Source: Myxococcota bacterium
GTDB lineage: Bacteria; UBA10199; JACPAL01; GCA-016699445
DNA: 64,000 nucleotides
Assembly: GCA_052033505.1 (NCBI GenBank)
Contig: JBPOJN010000014.1
Span: forward strand, 5,599 to 69,598
Direction: 5' to 3'
Shown here in pieces: positions 32,398 to 41,374 of this stretch (within the stretch, counting starts at the first letter, position 1; every line of letters starts with the position of its first letter). Both the position numbers and the translations under genes were made by a program. Below the pieces are notes generated by a model. That model was not told where the DNA came from, made no database searches, and was given only the letters and a program-made list of their open reading frames with translations.

Positions 32398-32441
32398 TCT
32401 CCCACTCCCTTTTAAATTTCTTAATTTTTCCGCTGACTTCC

Positions 32442-32468
32442 GCAACCCGTCCGTCGTTTTGCCGATAA
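32442..32468 (+). promoter_or_regulatory. Variant sigma28-like promoter motif
   Basis: GCAACCCG-N11-GCCGATAA (perfect sigma28 -10 box). Confidence 0.65.
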
Positions 32469-32510
32469 TGATCTTATAAAAGTGCGTTTGTATTATTCTC
32501 AAAAATAGGC

Positions 32511-32523
32511 TAAGTGCTTGATT
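32511..32523. promoter_or_regulatory. IHF consensus site
   Basis: TAAGTGCTTGATT is the reverse complement of WATCAANNNNTTR. Confidence 0.4.
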
Positions 32524-32532
32524 TTATTCATT

Positions 32533-33255
32533 ATGCCCATTGAGCCCATCCAGAGTGGTCTTCAGTCCAGCATCTCTTTGCCGCCGTCCCGCGTGATTTG
32601 GACGGGGACGGACGCCGCCTCGCGCGTGTCTTCGAAGCATTTCGGGGAAGCGATTCCGGATGTGGCGGACATTCGGGCGAATCCCGCGCTCTTGGAGATG
32701 TTCGGACGTTTGGGCGTACTCGAGAGGCTCCGCCGGAAATTGAATACGTTATCGCGGAAGCGGGCGCGCCTCGTGCCGGGCAAGAAGACCGTCGCGTGCG
32801 CGTTGCGCGCCTGTGAGGAGACGGATTTCGAGGACGTGATTTTCGCGGGCGTGGAGTTCGCGGAGGAATACCGCGGCGAAGAAGATACGATGGCGGGCGT
32901 CCTCGCGCACGAGTACGGCCACCTGCTCTCGGACTGGACGAAGGGTTTGAATCCCGACGCCATGACCTGGGAGGAAATTTTCGAGAGGCGTAAGGAAGAA
33001 GAGGCCGCGGCCGACGGTTACGCTGGGAAAATGCTCTTCCAGATGGGTTATTCGCCCGAGGGCATGGTGAAATTCTTGAAGAAGATCCAGAAGAAGGAAT
33101 GCCTCAAATACCACTCGCCGTCCACGCGCGAGGCCATCATCCGCCGTGCGTTCTCCGAAGCGCACCGCAAACAAAATCAAATGGTCAATCTCCGTTCGAT
33201 GTTCTCCGGCATCGCCTCCAATCCCTTCACGGCCAAACTCATCGCAGTGGCGTAA
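32533..33255 (+). CDS. M48-like zinc metallopeptidase
   Basis: GVLAHEYGH, EEEAAADGYA, GYSPEGMVKFL, YHSPSTRE. Confidence 0.75.
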   Translation: MPIEPIQSGLQSSISLPPSRVIWTGTDAASRVSSKHFGEAIPDVADIRANPALLEMFGRLGVLERLRRKLNTLSRKRARLVPGKKTVACALRACEETDFEDVIFAGVEFAEEYRGEEDTMAGVLAHEYGHLLSDWTKGLNPDAMTWEEIFERRKEEEAAADGYAGKMLFQMGYSPEGMVKFLKKIQKKECLKYHSPSTREAIIRRAFSEAHRKQNQMVNLRSMFSGIASNPFTAKLIAVA

Positions 33256-33282
33256 CGGTTCGTTTTTAGGTAAGCCGCGGCC

Positions 33283-34014
33283 ATGCGGCTTTTTTCAAAA
33301 ATTCCCATTTTATTTTTATTGGTTTTCTGGGGCGCTTGCGGCGCTTCGGACCCCGTTCCTGCGCCTGTGCCCACGCAGGTCATCGATGCGACCACGGTAG
33401 GTGGAATCCAGGGCGTCGTTTCGTTCGCGGGGACGCCTCCATCCGCGGCGAAAATCCCGGTCGCGAGTTTTTCGGAATGCGGCAATCCGTCCGGTATCGA
33501 TACCGATATCTTGATTCAAAATGGCAAAGTCAAAAACGCCTTCGTGGCGATCACGAAAGGTTTGGAAAATTACCGGTTCGAGAAGACTTCGGAAGAAGTC
33601 ATGATCGATCAGCGTCATTGCCTCTATGAACCGCGCGTGATCGGGCTCCAAGTCGGTCAGACCTTGGTCGTGAAAAACAGCGATCCGGCCCTGCATAATA
33701 TCCACGCGCAGCCGCTACAGTCGCGGGGTTTTAATGTCGGCATGCCCCGGCAAGCCTCCGATATCCGCAAGACTTTCGAAGTACCTGAGGTGATGATTCC
33801 CCTGCGCTGCGACGTGCACCCCTGGATGCGGGCTTATGCGGGCATCCTGCCTCATCCTTATTTTTCGGTGACCGGTGACGACGGAAGCTTCCGCCTGAAG
33901 AACGTCCCGCCCGGGGATTATATCGTGACCGTGTGGCACGAAAAATTGGGCAAAAAAGAATTCCCGATATCGGTGGGCGCCCGCGAAGAGAAGACGCTGG
34001 AAGTTTCGTTTTGA
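33283..34014 (+). CDS. Lipoprotein with cupredoxin-like and carboxypeptidase-regulatory-like domains
   Basis: IDQRHCLYEP, NSDPALHNIH, LRCDVHPWM, VPPGDYIVTVWHE. Confidence 0.75.
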   Translation: MRLFSKIPILFLLVFWGACGASDPVPAPVPTQVIDATTVGGIQGVVSFAGTPPSAAKIPVASFSECGNPSGIDTDILIQNGKVKNAFVAITKGLENYRFEKTSEEVMIDQRHCLYEPRVIGLQVGQTLVVKNSDPALHNIHAQPLQSRGFNVGMPRQASDIRKTFEVPEVMIPLRCDVHPWMRAYAGILPHPYFSVTGDDGSFRLKNVPPGDYIVTVWHEKLGKKEFPISVGAREEKTLEVSF

Positions 34015-34030
34015 CCGCCTTCCAAAATAA

Positions 34031-34068
34031 AAAACCCCTGAGCCTCTTTCGAGAGACCCAGGGGTTTT
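34031..34068. terminator. Bidirectional intrinsic terminator
   Basis: AAAACCCCTG...CAGGGGTTTT hairpin between convergent genes. Confidence 0.75.
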
Positions 34069-34091
34069 GAATTCAAGACGGTCTAAAACGG

Positions 34092-34853
34092 CTAGAAGCC
34101 CTTCACCTTCCCCGCACGCTTGTAAAACATCAGGACATGGAACCAGCCCACGACGACGATCAAGGGCAGAATCCACCAGTAGCTGGCGGCCCAGGTCGTA
34201 TGTCCGTTGATCATCGTCCACACCAGCGGCACGGACAGGTAAGTATTATGCCGCGAGCGGAGACCCGCCATCGCGACGATTGCGGCGTCCGCCGGAGTAC
34301 CGGTTTTGACGCCCGTAATGATCTTCTGCTGCGCGGGCCAGATGCGAAACCAGACGTTGAACGCCATGATCGTGCCGAAGACGCCGCCTAAGTGGATATT
34401 GTAGGCGCGATAACTCATACCGGCCCACATTTTCATGACCAAGGTGAGCACAACGACCGCAATCACGCCGAAAGCCGCGACGGCTTTCGGGTTCTTGCCC
34501 AAGGGGCTCTTCATGATGGCGTCGTAGAGGAAAGGCGAGATTAGTACCAACGCGAGGATCGCGAAGACGGGACCACGGAGGCCGTCGCTCGGACTTTCGA
34601 GCACGAGACCGCCGTGATAGAACACCAACGCCAAAAGCAGGATACCGGAAGCCCACGTGAAAGCCGCGCCCCAACGGAACCAGAACAAGGCCCGGGGCAT
34701 CAGCTCCGGGACAACTTTTTTCTTCGTGTCGCCGTCCATGGTGGCGACGAAGGGGCCGTTCACGAAGTTGAAGAAATACAGCATGCCGATCCACAGGATG
34801 CCGGCGACGACGTGGATCCAGCGGAAAAACGATTCTAAAATTTGAGGCGCCAT
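34092..34853 (-). CDS. Urate hydroxylase PuuD-like membrane protein (Urate_ox_N)
   Basis: RWIHVVAGILWIG, WFRWGAAFTW, GTIMAFNVWFRIWPAQQK, RSRHNTYL; no cytochrome c tail. Confidence 0.8.
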   Translation of the reverse strand: MAPQILESFFRWIHVVAGILWIGMLYFFNFVNGPFVATMDGDTKKKVVPELMPRALFWFRWGAAFTWASGILLLALVFYHGGLVLESPSDGLRGPVFAILALVLISPFLYDAIMKSPLGKNPKAVAAFGVIAVVVLTLVMKMWAGMSYRAYNIHLGGVFGTIMAFNVWFRIWPAQQKIITGVKTGTPADAAIVAMAGLRSRHNTYLSVPLVWTMINGHTTWAASYWWILPLIVVVGWFHVLMFYKRAGKVKGF

Positions 34854-34979
34854 TTTGAAACCTCCCGATAAAGTTGACGAAAAGAAAGCCGCCGCATCTT
34901 TAAGAAACGATGAAGTTTTTTCAAGGTAAATCAAGGAGAGGCTTGCAATTGATGGGCGGCGATTCTAAAGACCGACCCC

Positions 34980-36812
34980 GTGCCGACAACCCAAAATCTA
35001 CAAGATATCGCGAAACGCATTCGCCATGACATCCTGACGTCCACGACCGAAGCGGGATCGGGCCATCCGACCTCTTCGATGTCCGCGACCGATCTCATGG
35101 CGGCGCTGTATTTCAAATATCTGAAATTCGACCTGCAAGACCCTCAGCACCCAAACAACGACCGCATTATTTTTTCCAAAGGCCACGCCTCGCCGCTATT
35201 TTATGCACTGTACGCGGCGGCCGGAGTGGTCAGCGATGCCGAGCTGAAATCTCTGCGCCGTCTCGGAAGTATTTTTCAAGGCCACCCGACGCCGGATTTC
35301 AAATACGCCGAAGCGGCGACGGGAAGTTTAGGTCAGGGGCTCTCGATCGGCGTCGGCATGGCGTTGAACGCGAAGTCGATCGATCATCTCCCGTACCGTA
35401 CGTATGTTCTCTTGGGCGACGGCGAGATGGCGGAAGGATCCGTCTGGGAAGCGATCCAGATCGCGGCGTATTATAAATTGGATAATCTGGTCGCGATTGT
35501 CGACGTGAACCGCTTGGGTCAAAGCCAAGAGACGATGTACGGCCACGACGCTGAGGCTTATTCGCAACGCATCACGGCCTTCGGCTGGGACGTCGTCACG
35601 ATCGACGGACATTCGTATGCAGAAATCGAAAAGGCGTACGAAAGCTGCTTGAACGCTAATGGCCGCCCGAAGGCCATCGTCGCGCGCACGCTGAAGGGCA
35701 AAGGCGTTTCGTTCCTCGAAGACAAATCGAATTGGCACGGCAAGGCTTTGTCGGCGGCGGATTTGGAGAAGGCTCTGAAGGAATTGGGGCCGGTGGATTT
35801 GAAACTCGTCACCGGCATCCAAAAACCAGAAAATCTGAAACCGAAAACCGTGACCACTACCGACGTCCCGCCGCCGTCCTATAAAAAAGGCGACGCGGTC
35901 GCCACGCGCAAGGCCTTCGGCAACGCGCTTGGTCGCTTGGTCGCGAAGTATCCCGACCTCATCTCGATCGACGCGGAGACGAAGAATTCGACCTTCGCCG
36001 AAGCGATGCTGGAAAAGAAAAAAGAGAATTACTTCGAAATGTTCATCGCCGAACAGAACATGATCGGCGTGGGCGTGGGTCTCACGCGCCGCGGGAAGAT
36101 TTGTTTCGCGTCGACGTTCGCGGCGTTCCTGACGCGCGCATTCGACCAGATCCGCATGGCGGCGGTCAGCCAGTCTTCGATCAAATGCGTGGGCTCGCAC
36201 GTCGGCGTTTCGATCGGTGAAGACGGTCCGTCGCAGATGGGTTTGGAAGACATCGCGATGTTCCGCGCGATCCACGGCAGCACGGTCCTGTATCCGTCGG
36301 ACGCCGTGTCGGCTGAGTATTTAGTGGAAGAATTAATCAAAACGCCCGGCATCGGCTACTTGCGCACCAGCCGTCCGGCGAATCCCGTGCTCTATGACGT
36401 CGGCGAAAAATTCCCGATCGGCGGATCGAAGACGTTGCGTTCGTCGGCCCAGGATCAAGTGACGCTCGTCGCCGCCGGCGTGACCTTGATCGAGTCTTTG
36501 CAGGCCGCCGACGCCCTCGCGAAAGATGGCGTTCATATTCGCGTGATCGATTGTTATTCCGTCAAACCCATCGACGCGGCGACACTTAAAAAAGCCGCTT
36601 CCGAAACCAAAGCCTTGATCGTCGTCGAAGATCACTGGTCTGAGGGCGGCATCGGCGACGCCGTGCTCGACGCCTTGGCGACGTCCCGCTCCGTTCCCGT
36701 CCATAAAATGGCTGTTCACGGAATGCCTGGCTCCGCCAAGCCCCAGGAAATGGTTGTCTGGGCTGGCATCGACGCCGCGTCGATTGCCAAAAAAGTCCGC
36801 AGCCTTCTCTGA
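34980..36812 (+). CDS. tkt: Transketolase (single chain)
   Basis: SGHPTSS, FSKGHA, ATGSLGQG, GDGEMAEG...N TPP motif, FIAEQN, GEDGPSQ. Confidence 0.96.
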   Translation: MPTTQNLQDIAKRIRHDILTSTTEAGSGHPTSSMSATDLMAALYFKYLKFDLQDPQHPNNDRIIFSKGHASPLFYALYAAAGVVSDAELKSLRRLGSIFQGHPTPDFKYAEAATGSLGQGLSIGVGMALNAKSIDHLPYRTYVLLGDGEMAEGSVWEAIQIAAYYKLDNLVAIVDVNRLGQSQETMYGHDAEAYSQRITAFGWDVVTIDGHSYAEIEKAYESCLNANGRPKAIVARTLKGKGVSFLEDKSNWHGKALSAADLEKALKELGPVDLKLVTGIQKPENLKPKTVTTTDVPPPSYKKGDAVATRKAFGNALGRLVAKYPDLISIDAETKNSTFAEAMLEKKKENYFEMFIAEQNMIGVGVGLTRRGKICFASTFAAFLTRAFDQIRMAAVSQSSIKCVGSHVGVSIGEDGPSQMGLEDIAMFRAIHGSTVLYPSDAVSAEYLVEELIKTPGIGYLRTSRPANPVLYDVGEKFPIGGSKTLRSSAQDQVTLVAAGVTLIESLQAADALAKDGVHIRVIDCYSVKPIDAATLKKAASETKALIVVEDHWSEGGIGDAVLDALATSRSVPVHKMAVHGMPGSAKPQEMVVWAGIDAASIAKKVRSLL

Positions 36813-36856
36813 TATCTAACGCACCGCACAAAATTTAGGCAGCAGTGACTATCATT

Positions 36857-36869
36857 TAAGCATTTGATT
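36857..36869. promoter_or_regulatory. IHF consensus site at island boundary
   Basis: TAAGCATTTGATT matches YAANNNNTTGATW in an AT-rich stretch just after tkt. Confidence 0.4.
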
Positions 36870-36949
36870 TTATTAGAGAAAATTGAATTTTACAATTGAC
36901 GTTTTTTTAGAATTACTCCAATTCTGCAGGAGGGGTTGGAGAATTCTGA

Positions 36950-39900
36950 ATGATCGGATTTCCCTCCGTCGGTACTCACCTCTCAAACTCCCTAGGGACT
37001 TCTTCCTCGGGATCGATTCCGTTTTCTCCCGAAGCCACATCCCTGATGACAGGGCCGACGCCCGCCGAAAGTTTATACGGCGTCATGAACGGGATGACGC
37101 TGGTCGCCGCAGTTTCCGGATCTCCGGCGCTCGCGAGGGTTTGTTCCCATCCCGCGTTCGCCGCGGCGTCATTGGGGTTGGGCGCTTATTTCCAATACCA
37201 AGCCGCCGGACAAACGCAGAGCCTGATCGCGGGTGGATTGCTCGCTCTGTCGGCCGCTGGAACGGCCGTGAATGCGTATTCTTTTTATCGCGGCCTGAAA
37301 GCCGGCTGGCAGAGCCTCCACTTTTCCACGCAGCTCGCAGTTTATGATCGCGTCCGTGACGTGAATTTACCGCCCGAGGTCCGCGCCGCGATCGTGGAAG
37401 CGCGGAATCACTGGGCGGATTTAAAAGACGAACGTCCTGAGCGCATCGCGGCAGCCGTGCAAAGCAGTTTCAGAGGTGCGGCCCCTGAACAAGCCGCTTC
37501 TACACCTCATCTCTTCGTGCGCGAGCGCCGCCTGGAGGCGGAAGACATGGCTTCCGGTGCGGCCCGTCATGCGACCGATGCCGCTTGGAAGACGTCGCCG
37601 GACGCCGAGAAAATGCTGCGCGCGTGCGCGCCGGAAGGATCGGCTTGGGATCGTTTGATCGTGCTACGCGATGCTCCCGGGCATTTGGAGTATGTGCGGC
37701 GTTCGGTCCTACACGCCGAGGAGGCGCAAAGGGTCGCTTCCGCGAGTCCTCGCAATTGGGTCAGCGAAGCGCGCGGCGATGCCTCGTACGCGCCGTGGCA
37801 AAAGACGGTGGGGGAGTGGCTGGGGCGCAACGTCCAAGGGGCCTTGCTCTACGGCATCCCGGCCTTCGTGACACTCCAGGTCCTGGCCGGAGGTTTGGAT
37901 TACGCCCAAGGACAATTGGCCGGTGAAGGATTTTTCAAACAAATCGTCCATTCGTTGCTCGGCTTGGCTCCCGCCGCGGCGACTTATCTTTATAACGCGC
38001 GCCAAGGCAGCCGCCGCTTCAACGTCTCCCCGGCCGCGCATCAGGAAATCGTCGTCGAACGTTTTCTGGATCCCGAGTTGCAAAAACGCACCGTGGAGCG
38101 TCTCGCATCTGCGGTACCTCCTCTAGAGCCGGGAGAAAGCGCGCGTTACGCGGAACAGTGCCGCGTGAATCTCGATCGCGTCGAAAGCCAAATCGCCGTG
38201 CTGGAAAGCCTCGAGATTCCCATCATCGCGGACCGAGCCGAAGTTTCCAGCGGAGCGCCGGCATTTTTAAAGGAAAACGATCGCGTGCGGAAATTCACGC
38301 CCATTCGCGTGCCTGACCCGAAAAGACCTTACCGCTACGACCATCGTCCGAACGTGCCCGATACCGAAGAGAGAAAACGGATACGGACCGAGATCAAGGC
38401 CATGCCGATCGTTTCACTCGAGGAAGCGATCCGTGCGGGCCGGGTCACTCACGTCGATATCTACAACATGATTCGTGACCACTCGGTCTCGAAAGACGGA
38501 GCGGTCATCACGCGTCCTCTCGAAGGGAAATTGGGCCGCAAGCTCTTACGGCTCGCGCAAGAAGCGGATCGCAAAGGCGAGATCCGGCATTTTACGCTGG
38601 TCAAAGACTTGTTCGAAGGCATCGACGGCGTCGTGACGGCCGGCTCAAAGACAATGCATCTAACCGATTTCGGGAAAAGCCCGCTCGTCCAACGTCTCGT
38701 CGATCAGGGATTCGTTCCCATCCCTTGCGGACTGACGGCGGGCGCCAACGGGCCCGACGGTCTCTATAACGGTCACGGGGCTGTGGGGAATTCCAAGAAA
38801 GCGGGTTATGACACCGCGGGATCCTCCTCGGCGGAGGCCTATGCGTTGGGATTGAAGGATTTCCCGATCCGTCTCGCGATCGGCACCGACACCGGAGGCT
38901 CGATCACTGCGCCTTGCGGGGCTATGGAGCTCTTCGGTTGGATTCCCGAGCCCGGCACGGTCTCGCGCGCGAACATGATCCCGTATGCGACGCATCTAGA
39001 CACTCCGGGTGTCATGGGTGTGGACAAGGGTGAAGTCCTGAACCTCGCGCGCCTGCTCACGCTTTCGCCGTACCAGAGCCGTTTCGATGAAAGCCCGCGA
39101 AGCCCGGCTCTTTATTATTTTGAATCGAACCTGCAGCTCGCATCCGAAAAAAACCGCGAACGGTTTGATCGCGAGGTCAAAAAATTCCGTCTTCAAGGCT
39201 TATCCGCGACGGCTCTCGACGAACGCTTTTCCGCCTACCGCACGATTCCCTTAGATCTCTACGCCGACTCTTACGCCGCGGCCGCGATGGCGCTCATGAA
39301 TCCGCTGCAAGAGAACGCCCGGGGAGAGCCTCAGCGCTACATCCTCGACAGGCGCCTGCAAATGCGCATGGGCCGTGCCCATGCTCTGCTCATGACGCCG
39401 GATGAGAAGCATGGGAACCTCTTCAACCGCTACCTGCACCTGCACGTCCGTTTCCGAGAGCTCTTCCAGAAAAAGTTCCCCGCCGGCTTCACCCTGATCA
39501 CGCCCGCGCCCGAAGCCGTGGCTCTGGAAGACTTCATCCCGAACGGTCCCGCCGGCGCCTTGCTCGACCGCCACGATCAACAAGGCGGCATGCTGAAAAA
39601 TCGCGTCTATCATGCAGCCTTCGTCGATGCGGAGCGGGGGATGGTGATCGAAGGGAAGATGGAAGACGTGCTGGCGGTGAGTCTGACCGAAGGCACTGCG
39701 GCGTTTCAGGAAACGTTGAAGCAAAAGATCGGGGATAAGATCAAAAATATTTATCCGAAATTCGCGGAGCGTCGATTCGGTGAGTTCATCGACGTTCTCA
39801 TCGCCGAGGTTCGGAAGCGGACGGACGCCCGTGGAATCTCATTTGATCCTTCGGACGTTTTTGAAGAGGCCAAGCTGGATCAGTGCGTGGGTGATGTCGT

Positions 39901-39976
39901 TAAGATGGCCGTCACCGCGATACAAAAGCAGGCGCCGCATCTCCTTGAAGACAACGCCTCCGGCCAGGCGGCTTGA
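36950..39976 (+). CDS. Large protein with C-terminal amidase-signature domain
   Basis: LVKDLF (Lys), DTAGSSS, IGTDTGGSI (Ser-cisSer-Lys), LDTPG; unknown N-terminal region of about 500 aa with hydrophobic segments. Confidence 0.7.
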   Translation: MIGFPSVGTHLSNSLGTSSSGSIPFSPEATSLMTGPTPAESLYGVMNGMTLVAAVSGSPALARVCSHPAFAAASLGLGAYFQYQAAGQTQSLIAGGLLALSAAGTAVNAYSFYRGLKAGWQSLHFSTQLAVYDRVRDVNLPPEVRAAIVEARNHWADLKDERPERIAAAVQSSFRGAAPEQAASTPHLFVRERRLEAEDMASGAARHATDAAWKTSPDAEKMLRACAPEGSAWDRLIVLRDAPGHLEYVRRSVLHAEEAQRVASASPRNWVSEARGDASYAPWQKTVGEWLGRNVQGALLYGIPAFVTLQVLAGGLDYAQGQLAGEGFFKQIVHSLLGLAPAAATYLYNARQGSRRFNVSPAAHQEIVVERFLDPELQKRTVERLASAVPPLEPGESARYAEQCRVNLDRVESQIAVLESLEIPIIADRAEVSSGAPAFLKENDRVRKFTPIRVPDPKRPYRYDHRPNVPDTEERKRIRTEIKAMPIVSLEEAIRAGRVTHVDIYNMIRDHSVSKDGAVITRPLEGKLGRKLLRLAQEADRKGEIRHFTLVKDLFEGIDGVVTAGSKTMHLTDFGKSPLVQRLVDQGFVPIPCGLTAGANGPDGLYNGHGAVGNSKKAGYDTAGSSSAEAYALGLKDFPIRLAIGTDTGGSITAPCGAMELFGWIPEPGTVSRANMIPYATHLDTPGVMGVDKGEVLNLARLLTLSPYQSRFDESPRSPALYYFESNLQLASEKNRERFDREVKKFRLQGLSATALDERFSAYRTIPLDLYADSYAAAAMALMNPLQENARGEPQRYILDRRLQMRMGRAHALLMTPDEKHGNLFNRYLHLHVRFRELFQKKFPAGFTLITPAPEAVALEDFIPNGPAGALLDRHDQQGGMLKNRVYHAAFVDAERGMVIEGKMEDVLAVSLTEGTAAFQETLKQKIGDKIKNIYPKFAERRFGEFIDVLIAEVRKRTDARGISFDPSDVFEEAKLDQCVGDVVKMAVTAIQKQAPHLLEDNASGQAA

Positions 39977-40030
39977 TAGAATCGAGACTCCATAAATATA
40001 TGTAATATGGAATCATGTATTCCATATTGC

Positions 40031-40174
40031 TTAATCGAGCCCATCGAAAGGTACTAGCGCACTGACAGGTTCTCCATCTTTCAAGATGACGAAGGATTCC
40101 CCAAGGTCTTTATTACGCCGGGAAAGGTCAAGTAGGCATTGCTTGGCTTTCGTAATGGTGATCAGTTGAGACAT
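40031..40174 (-). pseudogene. Short or truncated Phd/YefM-family antitoxin (47 aa)
   Basis: Hand-translated MSQLITITKAKQCLLDLSRRNKDLGESFVILKDGEPVSALVPFDGLD*, with AGGAG RBS; no adjacent toxin. Confidence 0.6.
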
Positions 40175-40332
40175 GGTTATCTCCTAAATCGTTCATAAAC
40201 TTCTTTACGGTGTTGAATACGCAGAACTTCGACGATCACCTCCTGTCGGCGGATCGTATAAATAGCCCTAATGAGTCAAATGAGAAACTCAGCCGTTTTT
40301 GCATGGTCGGCATCAGGTACATACGGGCCTAC

Positions 40333-40455
40333 GTCCCCATCTACAAAATGGCCGTCCACGGAATGCCCGGTTCGGGCAAACCTCAAGAAATGGTCGCCTG
40401 GGCGGGCATCGATGCCGGTGCGATCGTTAAAAAAGTTCGTGGGATTTTGTCCTGA
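40333..40455 (+). pseudogene. Duplicated 3' end of transketolase
   Basis: VPIYKMAVHGMPGSGKPQEMVAWAGIDAGAIVKKVRGILS vs tkt 36693-36812; about 30 mismatches in 117 nt. Confidence 0.9.
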
Positions 40456-40483
40456 CCGGTCGTCTCCATTCTTTCTTGCTTCT

Positions 40484-40512
40484 TGATAACAAATATTATA
40501 AAAATGTTATCA
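40484..40512. promoter_or_regulatory. TA operator palindrome
   Basis: TGATAACA-N13-TGTTATCA overlapping the antitoxin start. Confidence 0.55.
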
Positions 40513-40736
40513 TGCTTCGCACCCAAATCAGTCTTTCAGAAACCGAGTATCAATGGGCTAAGAACGCTTCTAAGAAACTCGGCATTTCGTTGGCCGAGCT
40601 TCTGAGGCGTTCTCTCAGGACCGTGTTACCCGTTTCCACGGAAAAGCCTTGGATGCGGTTCGCCGGATCCGTGGAGTCTGGGCGTAGTGACTCCAGTCAG
40701 ACCGTTGACGACCTTATTTATGGCCAAAAAGACTAG
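40512..40736 (+). CDS. RHH/CopG antitoxin
   Basis: MLRTQISL...LGISLAELLRRSL; upstream of the PIN gene. Confidence 0.8.
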   Translation: MLRTQISLSETEYQWAKNASKKLGISLAELLRRSLRTVLPVSTEKPWMRFAGSVESGRSDSSQTVDDLIYGQKD

Positions 40737-41181
40737 CTTCCTCCACGAGCGTCGGCGAGAGCTGTGTCGCGGGAAGCGACCTAAGGCTTATGTCGACACG
40801 GGAGCCCTCATCGCCTTCCTGGATCGTTCCGATACTTATCACCCTTTATTCGTGCGCCTCTTCGCGGATCCAGCGTCTTTGATCACTACGCCTCTCGTGA
40901 TCGCGGAAGGACATGGTTGGTTTCTGAAACGCTTCGATGTGACGCGCGCGCTGCAGTTTCTGAATTTCGTCGAAGAGATCTCCCCCTTGGAAATCGTGTC
41001 CGTCGGTGAAAAAGAAATGGCGGGAGCCGGAGACATTCTCCGAAAATTTTCCGATCAAGATTTAACTTTGGCCGACGCCTGCGGTTTATGGCTCATGAAA
41101 AAACTCAAAATCCAAACCTGCTGGTCCACCGACCGCCACCTCTCGTTGACCGGGGTGCCGTTGGTGATTCATGAAATGTGA
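40720..41181 (+). CDS. vapC: VapC (PIN domain) toxin
   Basis: YVDTGALIAF, VIAE, LTLADA, STDRH. Confidence 0.88.
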   Translation: MAKKTSFLHERRRELCRGKRPKAYVDTGALIAFLDRSDTYHPLFVRLFADPASLITTPLVIAEGHGWFLKRFDVTRALQFLNFVEEISPLEIVSVGEKEMAGAGDILRKFSDQDLTLADACGLWLMKKLKIQTCWSTDRHLSLTGVPLVIHEM

Positions 41182-41374
41182 GAAAAATTCAGAAGAAACT
41201 TTTATTTTTCGACGGGTTCGGCGCGTACCGGGTACACGTGTGCCGTCGCATGCGGGCGGGATCGACGTCCTGCCGATGGCCAATGCCCTCTCGGCATTGC
41301 CGGAAATACTCTGAGGTTATCCACAGATTTTTTAGGAATTTAATTTATTTTCAATGGTTTGACTGGGTGCCTGG

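Noticed and set aside
41317-41325. Perfect DnaA box TTATCCACA
   Set aside because: Single copy with no cluster or dnaA context; not an origin.
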